Positions 1-12,689 of a stretch of DNA of 64,000 bases are shown here, piece by piece; position 1 is the stretch's first letter, and every line of letters starts with the position of its first letter. The DNA is from Glycera tridactyla (taxonomy: Eukaryota). Both the position numbers and the translations under genes were made by a program. The notes below the pieces were generated by a model. That model was not told the DNA's origin and ran no database searches. It was given only the letters and a program-made list of their open reading frames with translations. Location of the stretch: NCBI GenBank assembly GCA_965644265.1, contig OZ286476.1, positions 19,964,001-20,028,000 of the forward strand. The letters are read 5' to 3'.

Positions 1-1
1 C

Positions 2-275
2 CCAGAATTCCGTGTACAGATGCGTGACATCAAGATCAATGTGGGTGAGCCCGCAACATTTGACTGTCAAATCACAGGATCGCCAGCACCTGAAGTATTC
101 TGGACAAAGAATGGCCAACGGGTGGCGGAGAGCCAGCGCTGGAAGTTCATCAACGAGGAGGATCATGTCACCTTCCTCATCTATGAAGTCCAGCAGACTG
201 ATAGCGGTCTTTACGAGTGTATCATTATGAACAAATTGGGCAGGACACATTGCTCAGCCAGGCTTACTGTATCCG
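2..275 (+). CDS. Exon 1 (5' truncated): I-set Ig domain (PEFRVQMRD...CSARLTVS)
   Basis: Ig motif FDCQITGSPAPEVFW...DSGLYEC; donor G|GTACGT at 276, phase 1. Confidence 0.92.
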
Positions 276-594
276 GTACGTTCATGATTATATTGCAGAG
301 AGGAAGATATTTCACTGGGAAAAGACCTCCTCTTCAGAGTTCTCCCATATAACCCATTATCAGTTTAACATTAAAAATAGAGCACAGAGAAATTGCTCAA
401 CCAATCAATCAGCCAATCTTCATTATACTATGTTTCTGATCTGTAGAATTGCACCGGGGATTTTCTACTCACAAAGTATAGTTGAACATAAAATGAAACA
501 CAACAAATGATCAATCAATCAATAAACTATTCTTCATCATACTATATTTTCATTCAGTAGAGTTGCACCACTCTGTTCTTGAAAGATACTTATA

Positions 595-710
595 TTCATA
601 ATAATGATAACGATGATGATAATAATAATAATTAATAATGATGATGATGATCATAATAATAATAATAATAATGATAATAATAATAATAATGATAATGATA
701 TTAACAATGA
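595..710. repeat. (ATA/ATG)n microsatellite
   Basis: Direct reading. Confidence 0.95.
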
Positions 711-806
711 TAGGTAGGGCTGGATCCTGGCCATCTTGAGGTGACTCAGGACCCAGGAAAGTATGCATCTTCATCCTTTGATGTTTGTTGGTTTGCGTGT
801 CTCCAG

Positions 807-931
807 GTACACAGCGTACACAGGCAATACCAATGGACATGAGCGGCGGCACTGCCCCACAACTTTTGACAACACTCAAAGATGCTACTGTGGATGAAGG
901 CAATCCTGTCAGCTTCCAGTGCATGATTCAG
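807..931 (+). CDS. Exon 2: linker plus N-terminal half of Ig (APQLLTTLKDATVDEGNPVSFQCMIQ)
   Basis: Acceptor ctccag at 801-806, donor CAG|GTGAGT at 932; phase 1 to 0. Confidence 0.9.
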
Positions 932-1193
932 GTGAGTGCAGTGCAGACCTTATCTGTTGGAGATAAGATAACATAAGATAACGGTTCACTGATATCTTTC
1001 AACCCTATGCTCAGCTTCCTGAGAGGTTGATTCTATAATGCTGATAATGGAAATTACTATGGGAGGATGAATACAGTATCGCTGTTTAAGAAAGGTTGTT
1101 GCTTAGGGCAGGTTTGAGTATGTATTGTGATTTGAGTTGGAGTTGAAAAGATGTTCTGCAGGATGGTTCATGCTTATCATACTGTGATTGTAG

Positions 1194-1707
1194 GCTACCC
1201 CAACGCCAGTTGTACAGTGGTATTACAACAACCAGGTCATCAAGCCAAGCAAGTACTTCTTGATGAAGACAGAAGGCAATATTCACACATTGACCATCGC
1301 AGGGGCATTCCCCGAAGATGAAGGCGTCTACAAGTGTGTTGCGTATAACCCCGCTGGTGAGGTCACATGCATTGCTCACCTCAAGGTCAACTCAGCTCTG
1401 GCGCTGCCAGGACCACAGAAGAACATGGTACCACCATCGTTCGCGAAGTCGATCGCTGGGTTGGATGTCAAAGATCAGATGCCAGCTCGTTTTGAGGCCG
1501 AAGTTGCCGGTACGCCAGCGCCGCAGGTGACCTGGTTCCGTGAAGGTCAGCAGATTCAGCAAGGACCTCTTCACAACATTCAAGTCCAGGGCAACCGTCA
1601 TGTCCTTCTCATCAAGAAGACTCATCCTCGTGATACCGGCGTCATCACATGCCGTGCCACAAATCCGGCAGGTGTTGCAGAATGCTCTGCTGAGCTCTAT
1701 GTTGAAG
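1194..1707 (+). CDS. Exon 3: C-terminal half of Ig plus one complete Ig
   Basis: Acceptor tag at 1191-1193; reads ATPTPVVQW...EDEGVYKC and PPSF...DTGVITC; donor G|GTCAGT at 1708; phase 0 to 1. Confidence 0.92.
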
Positions 1708-3192
1708 GTCAGTACCATTCTTTTATGACAAACTTCAGAATTAACCTCTTGATGCATGGTATTCAATCAATTCATACTGCCCACACTTCCAATGAACTCT
1801 CAATTTGTGATGCCATGTTTTCCAAAAATTCATAAATAAAATCGTGATTTGGTGAAATTTAGTTTGAGATAATACTCTAGTGTTCAGAGTATGTTGAAGT
1901 GTTAACAAAATCTCATTCCATCTTTTAGGTGTCACTGTGATCAGAATGTCCCATATTTCTGGACTTCAGAGAGACAGTTTGATTACCCATTATGCGCCAG
2001 AGAAAAGATACTTAGACCTAGAAAGATTTACATGTGATACTTTTGTGACTAGTATTGATCAGTTCTGTGGCTGCTTTTGGATAACTAGCACTGAGCCCCA
2101 ACATAAAGACAAGTGCATAATATTTACTGCCATATCTCGCATAGTTCTCACAGAAGTGTCGAAGCTGCGATAATAGTTTGGTTCAGCTAGTCCTTTACAA
2201 TGTTCATTTGGGATTTTGGGCAGATCATTCAGTTTGTGATAGTGTAATTGTGTTTGTCTCCCATGTGAATGCTAGACAGTTTTTAACCCTTTTCAGAATA
2301 TCAATGATGTTGATTTTTCTTTTACATTTACATCAATTGTTGAATCAAGCTGTCATCAATGCCTAGACTCATTCAATAATATGTCATGTAAAATAAACGC
2401 AAATGCAGTTCAACTTCGTATAAGAGATCACCCTAATAACAAAGAATTGTGGCTTACAAACCAGGTCCTTTCTTCTTGATAAGTATATTTGACTGGATCA
2501 AAAAGCAAGGGGCCTATGAGTGGTCTCCCAAAACAAGTGGTCATTTGACGCAGGTCTCCTATTGTAGATGCAAATATTTGTTGATGTATGTCAAATGGTC
2601 ATTCTCATTCATTTGTGATACCAAAATTCTCATACAAGGAAGGCAGGAAGGCAAAATTAGGAGATGCAATTCTCTTTAGTCATATTCTGATTTTCCTTGG
2701 ATGATCAAATGAATGATATTTCAATGCAGAAACATGTTGACGCCATGATATGACAACATTTCTAGATCAAAGTGAGATATTTTGGAGCTTTTGTGAACAA
2801 TTTCACGCACACTTTAATAGAGTGAAGTTTGAAAGTGATGTATGGAGTCAATCTCTGTTTATATAAAATCTTACAAGAATGATTATCCATATTGACATGT
2901 AATGGGAAAATGTACAGGAATGTTTGAGACATATACATTGAGTGTCCTTAGTTTCGATGTTGAATGCATCGGTATTTGCTGGCCTGGTTCGTTTGATATT
3001 GGTACATTTTTGCATCGATGAAACAAACGAATGACATTTTTCTTGAGACCATGCATGTGATGTGCTAAATTTGTCTGTGTGTGTGTCTGTCTGTAAACAC
3101 CAGTTTTGTTCCATAGCTTTTCCGTGAGTGTTATCCTAGTCAGACCATCAAATTTCTCAATGCATGTCGAATCATCCTTGTATTTGGGTGTG

Positions 3193-3384
3193 NNNNNNNN
3201 NNNNNNNNNNNNNNNNNNNNNNNNNNNNNNNNNNNNNNNNNNNNNNNNNNNNNNNNNNNNNNNNNNNNNNNNNNNNNNNNNNNNNNNNNNNNNNNNNNNN
3301 NNNNNNNNNNNNNNNNNNNNNNNNNNNNNNNNNNNNNNNNNNNNNNNNNNNNNNNNNNNNNNNNNNNNNNNNNNNNNNNNNNNN
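3193..3384. other. Assembly gap (192 N)
   Basis: N run. Confidence 1.
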
Positions 3385-4393
3385 TAGATCTGTGGATAGA
3401 ACATAATGTTTAGTCTTGACGGATGTGTTGCCACCAGTTTACCAATGCCCGTGTCCGTGCAAGATATCCCCGCATGTACCGTCTTGAAAACCCCACCGCA
3501 TTATTTATCGAATGCTGATTTTGCTGACCGTAGTGCCTTCAGTTTTGTTCGTGCCATTTGTGGTTTTTGTGCATGCGTATTTTTCGCGATGTTTGACCAG
3601 TAGCTGCAGTCACCTTGACTTTGACCTCTGCTGACCTCTGATGTTCTTGACTTGCATGCTGCCAACTTCAGCCAATTGAAGGTAAGTGTTTTGTTGCATG
3701 TTAGAAAATAATCTCGCACGAAGCACTGTTCAAGATTGTATTCACTGTCCAGGTTTTGATTTCTGGGCTGATATTTTGATGGTTTACCATCAGCTTCAAA
3801 CAGAGAAAAGAAAGTCATCAGGAAAATAATTCAATCAATCTTCCACTCATAATGTTATTTACAAGATGCAAATTACAACAACTGGATGTTTGTTACCTAT
3901 ATTGAAACTAAGCAAGTCATACTCTGAACCTACAAATTGTCATTTAAGACTAGTGTAGATATGATTGCTTGTTTCAGTGAATAAATGTATATATCATGAT
4001 TTAAAATTTGAAATTTTCGTGGAAGGATGTGTGATTTCTATTATGATTCCAGTAGCATGAGATAAGTCCATTGAGGCCATGTTTATTGCAATAAAGTAAT
4101 CTGTAAATGGTTAGGGCAGAACCAAGGAAGATGCAAATATATTAGTTTTTGGGTGTATCTTCCATTTCAATAATGTTGACCACATCCCGTTGGATTTTAA
4201 AAATATGTTTAAAATCATGGTTCGGTATATTGTGATATATGGTAGTGAGGATCTTGGTATATACAGTATATCAGAGAAATATTTTGGATGGGGATCATGC
4301 AAGTTGTTATATGTATTCGCTGCTGTCCATGATTCGCCACATAGTGAGATTATTCTTACCTCCTCATTCCAGATAAGTCACGTATCGCTACAG

Positions 4394-4490
4394 GTCAGGT
4401 GACTCTGGCTAAGGGACCACCACCTCAACCACCTACAATTCTGAAGGCACCATCACCACTCCGTGAGGTCCAGGCTGGCAGCACCACAAA
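4394..4490 (+). CDS. Exon 4 (97 nt, below ORF-track cutoff): Pro-rich linker plus Ig A-strand (GQVTLAKGPPPQPPTILKAPSPLREVQAGSTTK)
   Basis: Acceptor ctacag at 4388-4393, donor AA|GTAAGT at 4491; phase 1 to 2 exactly bridges exons 3 and 5. Confidence 0.88.
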
Positions 4491-4576
4491 GTAAGTGTGA
4501 TTTATCATCCTATGTATCGGATACATCCTGAATGAACAGTATGATGCAAATTTCATACATCCATTTATATATTCAC

Positions 4577-4756
4577 TACAGTAAAACCTGCTATAGCGAA
4601 ATCCTGTTCACAGTGAAATCCTGTCTACAGTGAAAAGAAAAATCTGGCCCAAACATTTTGTTTTCACTATAATTGACCTGTATATAGTGACATCCTGTCT
4701 ACAGTGAAAAGAAAAATCTGGCCCGTGACTTTTCACTATAGACAGGACTTACTGTA
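4577..4756. mobile_element. MITE, Tc1/mariner-pogo-like termini, with an internal tandem duplication
   Basis: TA-CAGTAAAACCTG...CAGGACTTACTG-TA; ATCCTGTCTACAGTGAAAAGAAAAATCTGGCCC occurs twice inside. Confidence 0.65.
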
Positions 4757-5011
4757 TTTCTTCATCAATGTACCTCCAGAGTGACAGGTTACCTGTATCA
4801 TGATGCTGGCACATATGATCTCAAAGTTTTTTATCATGGAGTCAACATTCATGTAGTTATCCTGATTAGATACAGCATCTTAATTACATCATTACATTTG
4901 CATGAGCAGGTTTCATTGATTGTACTTAAGCACACCTACCTGAGTTTATGACTTGTACAAACATACATCTATTGAAAATTGTGCAAGATTAGGTGGAGGT
5001 AGAGCTTAGAG

Positions 5012-5170
5012 TTTTTATTATTCCCCACTCTTGAAAAAGCGGGATATTATAGTCTCACCTCTGGTGTCCATATGTACATACTTATTTAGAATAGTACGTT
5101 AGTACATCCGCGCGGTCACATTTCGTGGATTGGCTGGTCCAATTTCACAAAACTTCGTAACTGTGATCTA
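5012..5170. mobile_element. Possible Helentron-associated (HINE/DINE-like) interspersed element fragment
   Basis: TTATTATTCCCCAC...GCGGGATATTAT short inverted end followed by GTCC/CATCCG-type sequence; resemblance only. Confidence 0.3.
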
Positions 5171-5204
5171 TGTGAGAATCATTGATCTTCCTTGATTTTC
5201 CCAG

Positions 5205-5422
5205 GATTGTTGTACAGCTTGCTGCATACCCGCCACCACGGTTCACATGGTTGATGAATGGACAGGAGATTAAACCTACACAGCGTTTCAAAACTCTGTA
5301 TGAGCAGGGTATTGTCACCCTCATGATCTACAATGTTCAGCCACAAGATTCTGGGGACTATATCCTCCGTGCCTCCAATGAACTTGGAGAGTGCACATGG
5401 AAGACTACCCTCAATATTAAGC
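5205..5422 (+). CDS. Exon 5: remainder of Ig domain
   Basis: Acceptor cccag, IVVQLAAYPPPRFTW...DSGDYILRASNELG; donor C|GTGAGT; phase 2 to 1. Confidence 0.9.
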
Positions 5423-6125
5423 GTGAGTATGAACACTGGCCATATTTCCGGATCTTTCAATTGTAGAACTCAAAGATTTGTCATAAGAATCACCTTCAAG
5501 AAGTATCACTAATGCAGGGATGTGATTGTTCCTCGGATCAACAGATTTCCATGTTTTTATTACAAATGTAGCAGGTACTACTCGTGTCAGAAAAGCATCT
5601 TATGCTGATTATGTCAGCTTTTAAGATCATGAAAATCGGGCGAGAATTGGTAGAGGTAGAGCTCAGAGTCCTTATTGAGTTTATTTAGTCAGCAGTAGTT
5701 GATCCAGAAAATCATGCTTAAAAACTGCCTCCGGCATTGATTTCAGGGTTTCTCAGTTTGTTCAGTAATTCTCTATTTCATCTCTTTCGATATATGCCTA
5801 TCACATCCCTGCTGATGAAAAACTACATATATTGTTGTTGAAGTGGACAATGATGCATATTTTGCAGAGGGTATGGCAGGAGATGAATGGACTAACAACT
5901 GATACCATGATCATGATGGATTGATGACTTATTTTGGTGATGATACTCATCAGTTCCTTGGTGATGTTTTCATCATTCATGTGAAATGTATATTTGTTCT
6001 GACTTTTGGTTTAAATAAACATTGTCCATAGTCAAATAAAATTTTGAATAACTCTCTTCCAAATTGTTCGCTCTTTTCCTTGTTTCCTTCAAGTTGATCA
6101 TGCTATTCATTTTCATTATTTATAG

Positions 6126-6294
6126 CAACAGAGAAGGTTGTACAGATTCCACAAGGAACACAAGAAGTCAGCATCATTTCCGCTGAAAAGATGGACACTG
6201 TCGATGCTGCTTCTGCCCGAGTCGTGGATGTGGCACCTGTATTCTTGAGTCCACTACCACCAGAAACAACAGTAAATGAATCTGTCACAGCTAG
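6126..6294 (+). CDS. Exon 6: linker plus Ig A-strand (PTEKVVQIP...APVFLSPLPPETTVNESVTAR)
   Basis: Acceptor tatag at 6121-6125, donor AG|GTCAGT at 6295; phase 1 to 2. Confidence 0.88.
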
Positions 6295-6769
6295 GTCAGT
6301 ACTCACTCATGATACTCAATCATTATATTCAGTCAGTTGACATCATACTTCGATCCAGTATCCACATTGCTTGTCAACACCTTCATATTTGCATATTTCT
6401 CTTGTAAGTACAACAGCTTGAAATCTACACGAACTATTGTGAAAGCGCCTAAATGGTGCTAATTGCAAGATGGGAATTTGAATGCAGTGTTGTGAATTTT
6501 TCCTCAGGAATTTCCATGTAATTGGCCTACTTGTTAGATGCTTCAAAGATTGTTAGTGATTCAAAATATATTGTGAGCCATGAGAGAAATATCATAATTG
6601 GTATAATTTCGATCTCATTCCACTTCCGATGAATCATCTTATGCTAGGTGTTATGCAAATATTAAGGTGTCTAGAATTACAAGTTGCAACATATTGGGAA
6701 TAAATCTTGATGAATATATTCATGCTAGCCCTCAAGTCATGACTGATGACATCCTTACTATGTTTTTAG

Positions 6770-6987
6770 GTTGGAAGTTCACATCAAGGCTGTACCAGTA
6801 CCACAAATTGTTTGGTTGCGCAATGGACAACCCATCAAACCATCTGTCAAGTACACCATCATGTGGGAAGGTGACAAGTCAGTCCTTCTCATCAAAAATA
6901 TCACCAAAGAAGATATGGGGACATACACATGCCGTGCGATCTCGGATCTAGGAGAGGCTGTTTGCAGCACCACTCTGTACATTATCC
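6770..6987 (+). CDS. Exon 7: remainder of Ig domain
   Basis: LEVHIKAVPVPQIVW...EDMGTYTC; acceptor tttttag, donor C|GTGAGT; phase 2 to 1. Confidence 0.9.
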
Positions 6988-7699
6988 GTGAGTATTATGC
7001 TGTTTTTAGTTTTTCCATTATGCATAGTTTGTGTCCAGCTGATATATGTATCGGATGCGGAATTGAATGTGTGATATACAACCTAGATGGGTTCTCAAAG
7101 TTTTAGGTGGATAATCTCAATTATTTCATGGTGAACAGTTGATCTTACTGACAGTAACTGCTAAACATATGATCTTGCTGACTAAATTATTTGAAGGAAA
7201 CTTATCACTAGGACTAAGACAGAATTTTCAAAATGAAGACTATTTTGCAATGAATAGGGGGAAATCTTCATCCTGATTGTGAATAAAGGCAAGTGGGGAT
7301 AACAGTGAATAAACTCATCACAAGCCCTCCTTTCAGAATTACCTTGCCCGCTTGGTCAGCAAATTGGGAGGTGGGTTTTATGCATGTTGGCCCTGATATG
7401 CTGTTCTGAGCTTATGTGGAAGACAAATATTGGATCTGATAAGGCAGATGCAGATGATATCTATCACACTCCTGATTTCAGCTTGGTGATTATGGTGGGG
7501 AATGATGAAATCTCCTCACAATCATATTTTTCTCTGAACAGATATTCAGTCTTGACAATAAATATATCCCGACTGTAAGCCATATCTTCACTGCTTGATG
7601 ACCAGAAGAGAATCAGACACCACTGTTATGAACATATATTCATATGCCAAGCTGGAGATAATGATTATGATCCTAATGTTTTATTTATCTCTATTCCAG

Positions 7700-8334
7700 C
7701 CAAGGAACCGCAGATGGGATCTGAGCCACCACGTTTCTTGTTGCCACTGCAATCATGTGAGGCATTTGATGGCGAAGAGGTTGTTTTGACATGTACTGTC
7801 ACTGGAAGACCAAAGCCTGAAGTTTCCTGGTTCCATAATGAAAAGAATATTGATCAGAGTGAAGACTTTGTTCTGAACTACAATCGTGAAACTGGAAAAG
7901 TTGACTGTGTCATTGTGGAATGTTTGCCTGATGATCAGGGCGTATTCAAATGTATCGCTTCCAATGAAGCTGGTCAGGCTGTAACTGATGCCAGGCTTAC
8001 ATGGAAACCTGCACCACCTAAACCACAACCTAAAGAGGAACAGGTTAAAGCTGAATCAACTGTAGTAGTGCAGGCAACACCAGGAACAGTTGAAGAGAGA
8101 AACGTAAATGTTGTCAAGAAACAGGAGTTCAGTGTAGAGGGTGAATGCCGTCTTGATGTTGAAACAACACAGAAAACTGAAACAAAGACCGTGAAGAAGA
8201 TTGTTAAGAAAGCAAGTGGTGAGCCACCACGCTTCTCTCAGCCCATTCAGCCACAGGTCGTTAGAGAGGGAGAAACCATCACATTCACTGGTATTGTCTC
8301 TGGAGCACCACAGCCGGAAATTGCATGGCTCAAG
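7700..8334 (+). CDS. Exon 8: Ig, ~70-aa spacer, N-terminal half of Ig
   Basis: Acceptor ttccag, donor AAG|GTTGGT at 8335; phase 1 to 0. Confidence 0.88.
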
Positions 8335-8524
8335 GTTGGTGAAATTTTGGTTCAACCCAATAACAAATCCCACAATGTGAAATTCCTACCATATTGGATG
8401 ATACTTGATGTCACACTGCACCAAGTGATTTCAAAAGTATATTTAAATTGATGGAGCATGCTTCAACTGCAGAAAAAATTGATTATTTCTGATGATTTCA
8501 AGAATAATTCTGCATTATTAGGGA

Positions 8525-8527
8525 TTA

Positions 8528-8559
<32 letters not shown>

Positions 8560-8560
8560 T
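8525..8560. repeat. (TTA)n microsatellite
   Basis: Direct reading. Confidence 0.9.
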
Positions 8561-8666
8561 TTAGGGATGTCGTTTCATTCATGATGATTGTGCACCATCT
8601 TAGTGATTGTCATCTCACTATTTGATGAATAGGAGTTAAAATGCTTTTTGATGATCTTTGTTGCAG

Positions 8667-8838
8667 GATAAGAAAGAAATGACGCAAGATGCTCGCATCA
8701 AGTTCCTGTACGATATTCCAACTAACACCTGCAAGCTTGTCATGACAAATGCTACTGAGGCAGATGTTGGTGTTTACTCATGCCGTGCTTCAAACCCGGC
8801 AGGACGTGCAACCTGCACTGCTAATGTCGTTGTTGTTC
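8667..8838 (+). CDS. Exon 9: C-terminal half of Ig (DKKEMTQ...TANVVVV)
   Basis: Acceptor ttgcag, donor C|GTAAGT at 8839; phase 0 to 1. Confidence 0.9.
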
Positions 8839-10772
8839 GTAAGTGTGACATTATCAGTAAATCTATTTGCAGTGTGTCTGATTGGGGGGGGGGGGGGGGG
8901 TGGAGAGAGTTAAGATCCACATGTATGTGGCACCTGCTATTGCTTCTATTATGTGCTTCATATCACTTTTAAGAATTGTATCTTGAATGCTTGGAAGTAT
9001 TGACAAACAAAATTAATTATTGTCTTATTGTTAGTCTAGAAGCAAAGGAAAGGTGATCTCTGCAATCCATCAAGATGATGCACCTTTCCAGGTTGTGCTG
9101 CATCCCATAGCACAAACTGGGTTTCATTTCATATTGAACGATTTTGCAAATATTTATTGTCATATTGTGTAGTAGCAATATTTGTTTGTGAAAGTGATAG
9201 CAGTGAGCAGAAGTTAATTCCACTGAAAATAGATTATTTGAACATTTATTCAGTATTTGTAAATATCCAGATGGGTAGAATCAATAACTTTATGTAACTT
9301 ATGCTGATGCTGTAATGTCTCTTTGTATGTCTGTGTATGCTACTTAGGAAATGAAATATTTTTTCATTAGGCCATATTTGGCAGGAGTTGGCATGATGCA
9401 AAACTAATCCTGCTCTGATGGATTCTATGATATTGCTTTGCATGGACTGATCATCTACCTATTGCAGGCTTTCTGCCAATCCTAATATGCATTATCCCCA
9501 TCAATTTCCTTTTTCCAATTGCCATACATTTCATTTTGTCATTTGATACACACCCTCATATCTCTTGCATGTGTTCTCTGGAATGGGTATCGCAATTTTT
9601 TTTCAGATGGTCAATCATTTTTCTGTTCAACATGTACATGTGAATTGTGAAGTTTCTTTCATATTAGACTTTTGTCTTCGGCCAGGTGTTCTGTGGTCAT
9701 CTTCTAGAAGCTGATTCCTGGGTGCTCCTGGTGTGTTACACTTCTGTGACATCTTTATCATTATTTTCATGTCTTATGATCACTTTTAATTTGGGGTGTC
9801 TTGAATATTAGGCATGCCAAAAGAGAATGCGTCGTTGGTGCCCTTATGACTGATGGGCAACTTTGTTAGGATTCCAGTGCAGTAGAGAAAAGTTGACCAA
9901 ACATTGTGAGTTATTGCTGAGAGAGCAATCTAATCTGCAAACATTTGATCTCTCAATAGCACCTATAAACCCGTTGTTGGTATACCTTGGTGAAATCTTC
10001 GTTCCTTGCTACTCTGGCCAGCATCACCTAAGTTGCATTTTCTGAATTGGATCGATTCTAATATCATATCCCATGTCACCAAGTTTTTGTTGCTATGGTA
10101 CATTTTTTATCTTCATCATCTTTATTTTCATTGAAACTATGAGTCAGTCTTAACAGATTCCTGTTAAAAATCATGAGATGCTGTAAATCTGATATATTTT
10201 TTTAGTAAGCTGAGTGTCCTTTAGTGTGTACTGTATTTGGAGCTCATTTCTCATATAACCCAAGAATAATTCACCTGAATTGCACAAACAATCCCATGCA
10301 TCCACTTGGTACCTAAAATATATGCAGTGAAAATTATATCACTGCCCAAATCGACTGCAGCACCACTACTATATCCAGTAGTACTTGACACCAAGTATGT
10401 ACTTCAACAAAATCATCTATAGGTATTATCCGAATTTCAGTTTAAAAATTGATATTGCATACTTGCTCACCACATGTCTTTTATCACCATTATTGTTCAA
10501 ACATATACCTGATAACTGAAATCAGCCACTTTTGCATGGGTGAACTCTGGATTTTGATCTGCTGTACTGATAGCAATGGTGTACTGAAGCATGAATCATT
10601 AGATCTATATCTTCTAGTGTATCTATATCTTCTAGTGTATCTGGGTTTTCTCAAATGCTGTAGTTTCTATCGGCATATTTGTGGTCATGCCTCTATCACA
10701 ACTCGATTGAGCTCTCAACTTGAATAATTGTTCCTGATTGTAACACATTTTACTTCTCTGTGTATCCTTCAG

Positions 10773-12689
10773 CTGGAGAGCTTAAAGCATTTGTTCAACA
10801 TCAGCCCCTCACAACATCACAAGAACTGGTCAGCCAGTTACCACAGACTGAACAGCCTTTGTTTCCTGCTAACCAGTCACCATACTTTCTTCAAGAGTTA
10901 CAGCCAGTCAAAGCTGTGGACGGTGATCATGCGGTGCTTACATGCACTGTGACAGGACAGCCATGCCCAAGGATGACTTGGTACCATGATGATAAGCAGA
11001 TCGATCAGAGTGATGATTTCATCATGAAATGTGATCCTATTACTGGCCGGTGCCATCTGATAATTACAGAATGTTACCCAGAAGATGCTGGCATGTATAA
11101 ATGTATTGCCAGAAACCCTGTTGGACTAGCAGTTACATCAGCAGAACTGAAAGTGTCGATGTCAGAAGGTATCATTTCAGATAACAATGATAGTGATTTT
11201 TTTCCTGAGGATTTCACAACTTCCTCAATTGGAGTATCAGCTGAGGCTGTTGAATATGATGAAGGAGCATCCCAACCAATTGGTGCATTTGATTCGGATG
11301 CACTTTTATACATTCCAGAAGACATTTTAGCTGCTACAGACAAAGATACATGGAGATCAGATGTCAAAATGATGGTGGTCAATCCTGAAACTCTCACACC
11401 TTCGGTGCAGAGGAGAAAGTTCAGTCTGCAGAGACAAAACCACATTATCATTCCTTCAGAAGCAGTATCGAATCATGGAGATGACTCCATTCAATTCGGT
11501 AATGCATTACCATCCATAATGAGTGATACTGTGCAGGATGAAAACCCTTCATTTCTACAGCAAATGGTATCTGAATCCACTTTAAAAATGGATGGTGCCA
11601 ATATCTCACAAACACCAAGAAGAAAATTAAGTTTGCAAAGACAGAATCTACCACTCAATACTGCCACAGTGGTGTCACATGATACAGATCATAGTACAGA
11701 AAGCAAACTCTCTGAGACTGATGCATTCTGTGCCATTGAGACTAGTATTACACAAAATATACCTGAAGATAATATCTCACGAACGGCAGACAGCCCCCAG
11801 ATTCAGTCTGAAAAGGTTGGATGTGATCCTGCCATATTTGGGATATTTGAAGTTCAAGCTGATCATTGTAGCAATATAAGTGATGTTATGCTTATGACTG
11901 ATTCTCATATTGCACCCCAAAAAAGAAAATTTTCTGCCATAGAGGATGAGGTCGTACCTAAAAAGAAATCAGAAGCCGATGTAGCTGACACAAAGATGGA
12001 ATTAGCACATGATACACCAGATGTTATAGCTTCTTCGGATCCAGCATCTGTTGATGTAACTGCAGTCGTAATTTTGAATGAGGGCAGTGTAAATGATATG
12101 GCTTGCACACAGAGACGAACATCAGAAGTTACTCTTCCACCCAAATTCAAGGGATCATTGCCAAGAAGAATATCTATGGAACTCACGCCATATGGGCATG
12201 TGATTATTGACCAAGAACCAATCGAAGATTCATTAATGAAAGCAACACCTCACCGTTTAATTGAGCAGCCACCCAATTCACATCAAATTACGCAATCATC
12301 CGATACAGCTCTCAGGGAGGTGACATATCCAGCTGATGTACAAAATGCAAATACCGGTAGAATGTCCCATCATTTCAAGTCAGGAGTAAATGATTATGAC
12401 TTCGAGCCATGCCAATTTCAAGTTCCCATCAAACCTCAGGTAGTCAAGGCTGGAGAAGATGCAATATTCGCAGCTGTGGTAACTGGCAGACCTTGCCCTG
12501 AAGTGGTTTGGCTAATGGACAAAGATGAGTTGCTACCAAAAAGTGATGTCTTCATCACACATGACCTGGTATCAGGCAACTGTGAGCTGAAGCTGCAGAA
12601 TTGTTGTCTCGGGGAGTTTGGAAACATCACTTGTCAAGCATCCAATATACTTGGGAAGGCTTCGTGTATATCCAACCTTGTGGTTGTTC
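10773..12689 (+). CDS. Exon 10 (cassette A, 639 codons): Ig, ~415-aa Ser/Asp/Thr-rich spacer, Ig
   Basis: Acceptor ccttcag after a pyrimidine tract, donor C|GTAAGT at 12690; symmetric phase 1-1; two degenerate Cys-rich I-set Ig domains. Confidence 0.82.

Noticed and set aside
550-924. Minus-strand ORF with poly-Ile
   Set aside because: Translation of the (ATA/ATG)n microsatellite plus the antisense of exon 2
2883-3434. ORFs spanning the first N run (the same applies at 44223-44753)
   Set aside because: Open only because N codons contain no stops
4990-5672. Short direct repeat GGT(G/A)GAGGTAGAGCT(T/C)AGAGT on both sides of exon 5
   Set aside because: Only about 22 bp, two copies, and no structural or functional pattern to support more than a small old duplication
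9372-9381. CArG box CCATATTTGG (also 37041 and 49243)
   Set aside because: About five are expected by chance in 64 kb of this composition, there is no clustering, and one lies inside a MITE
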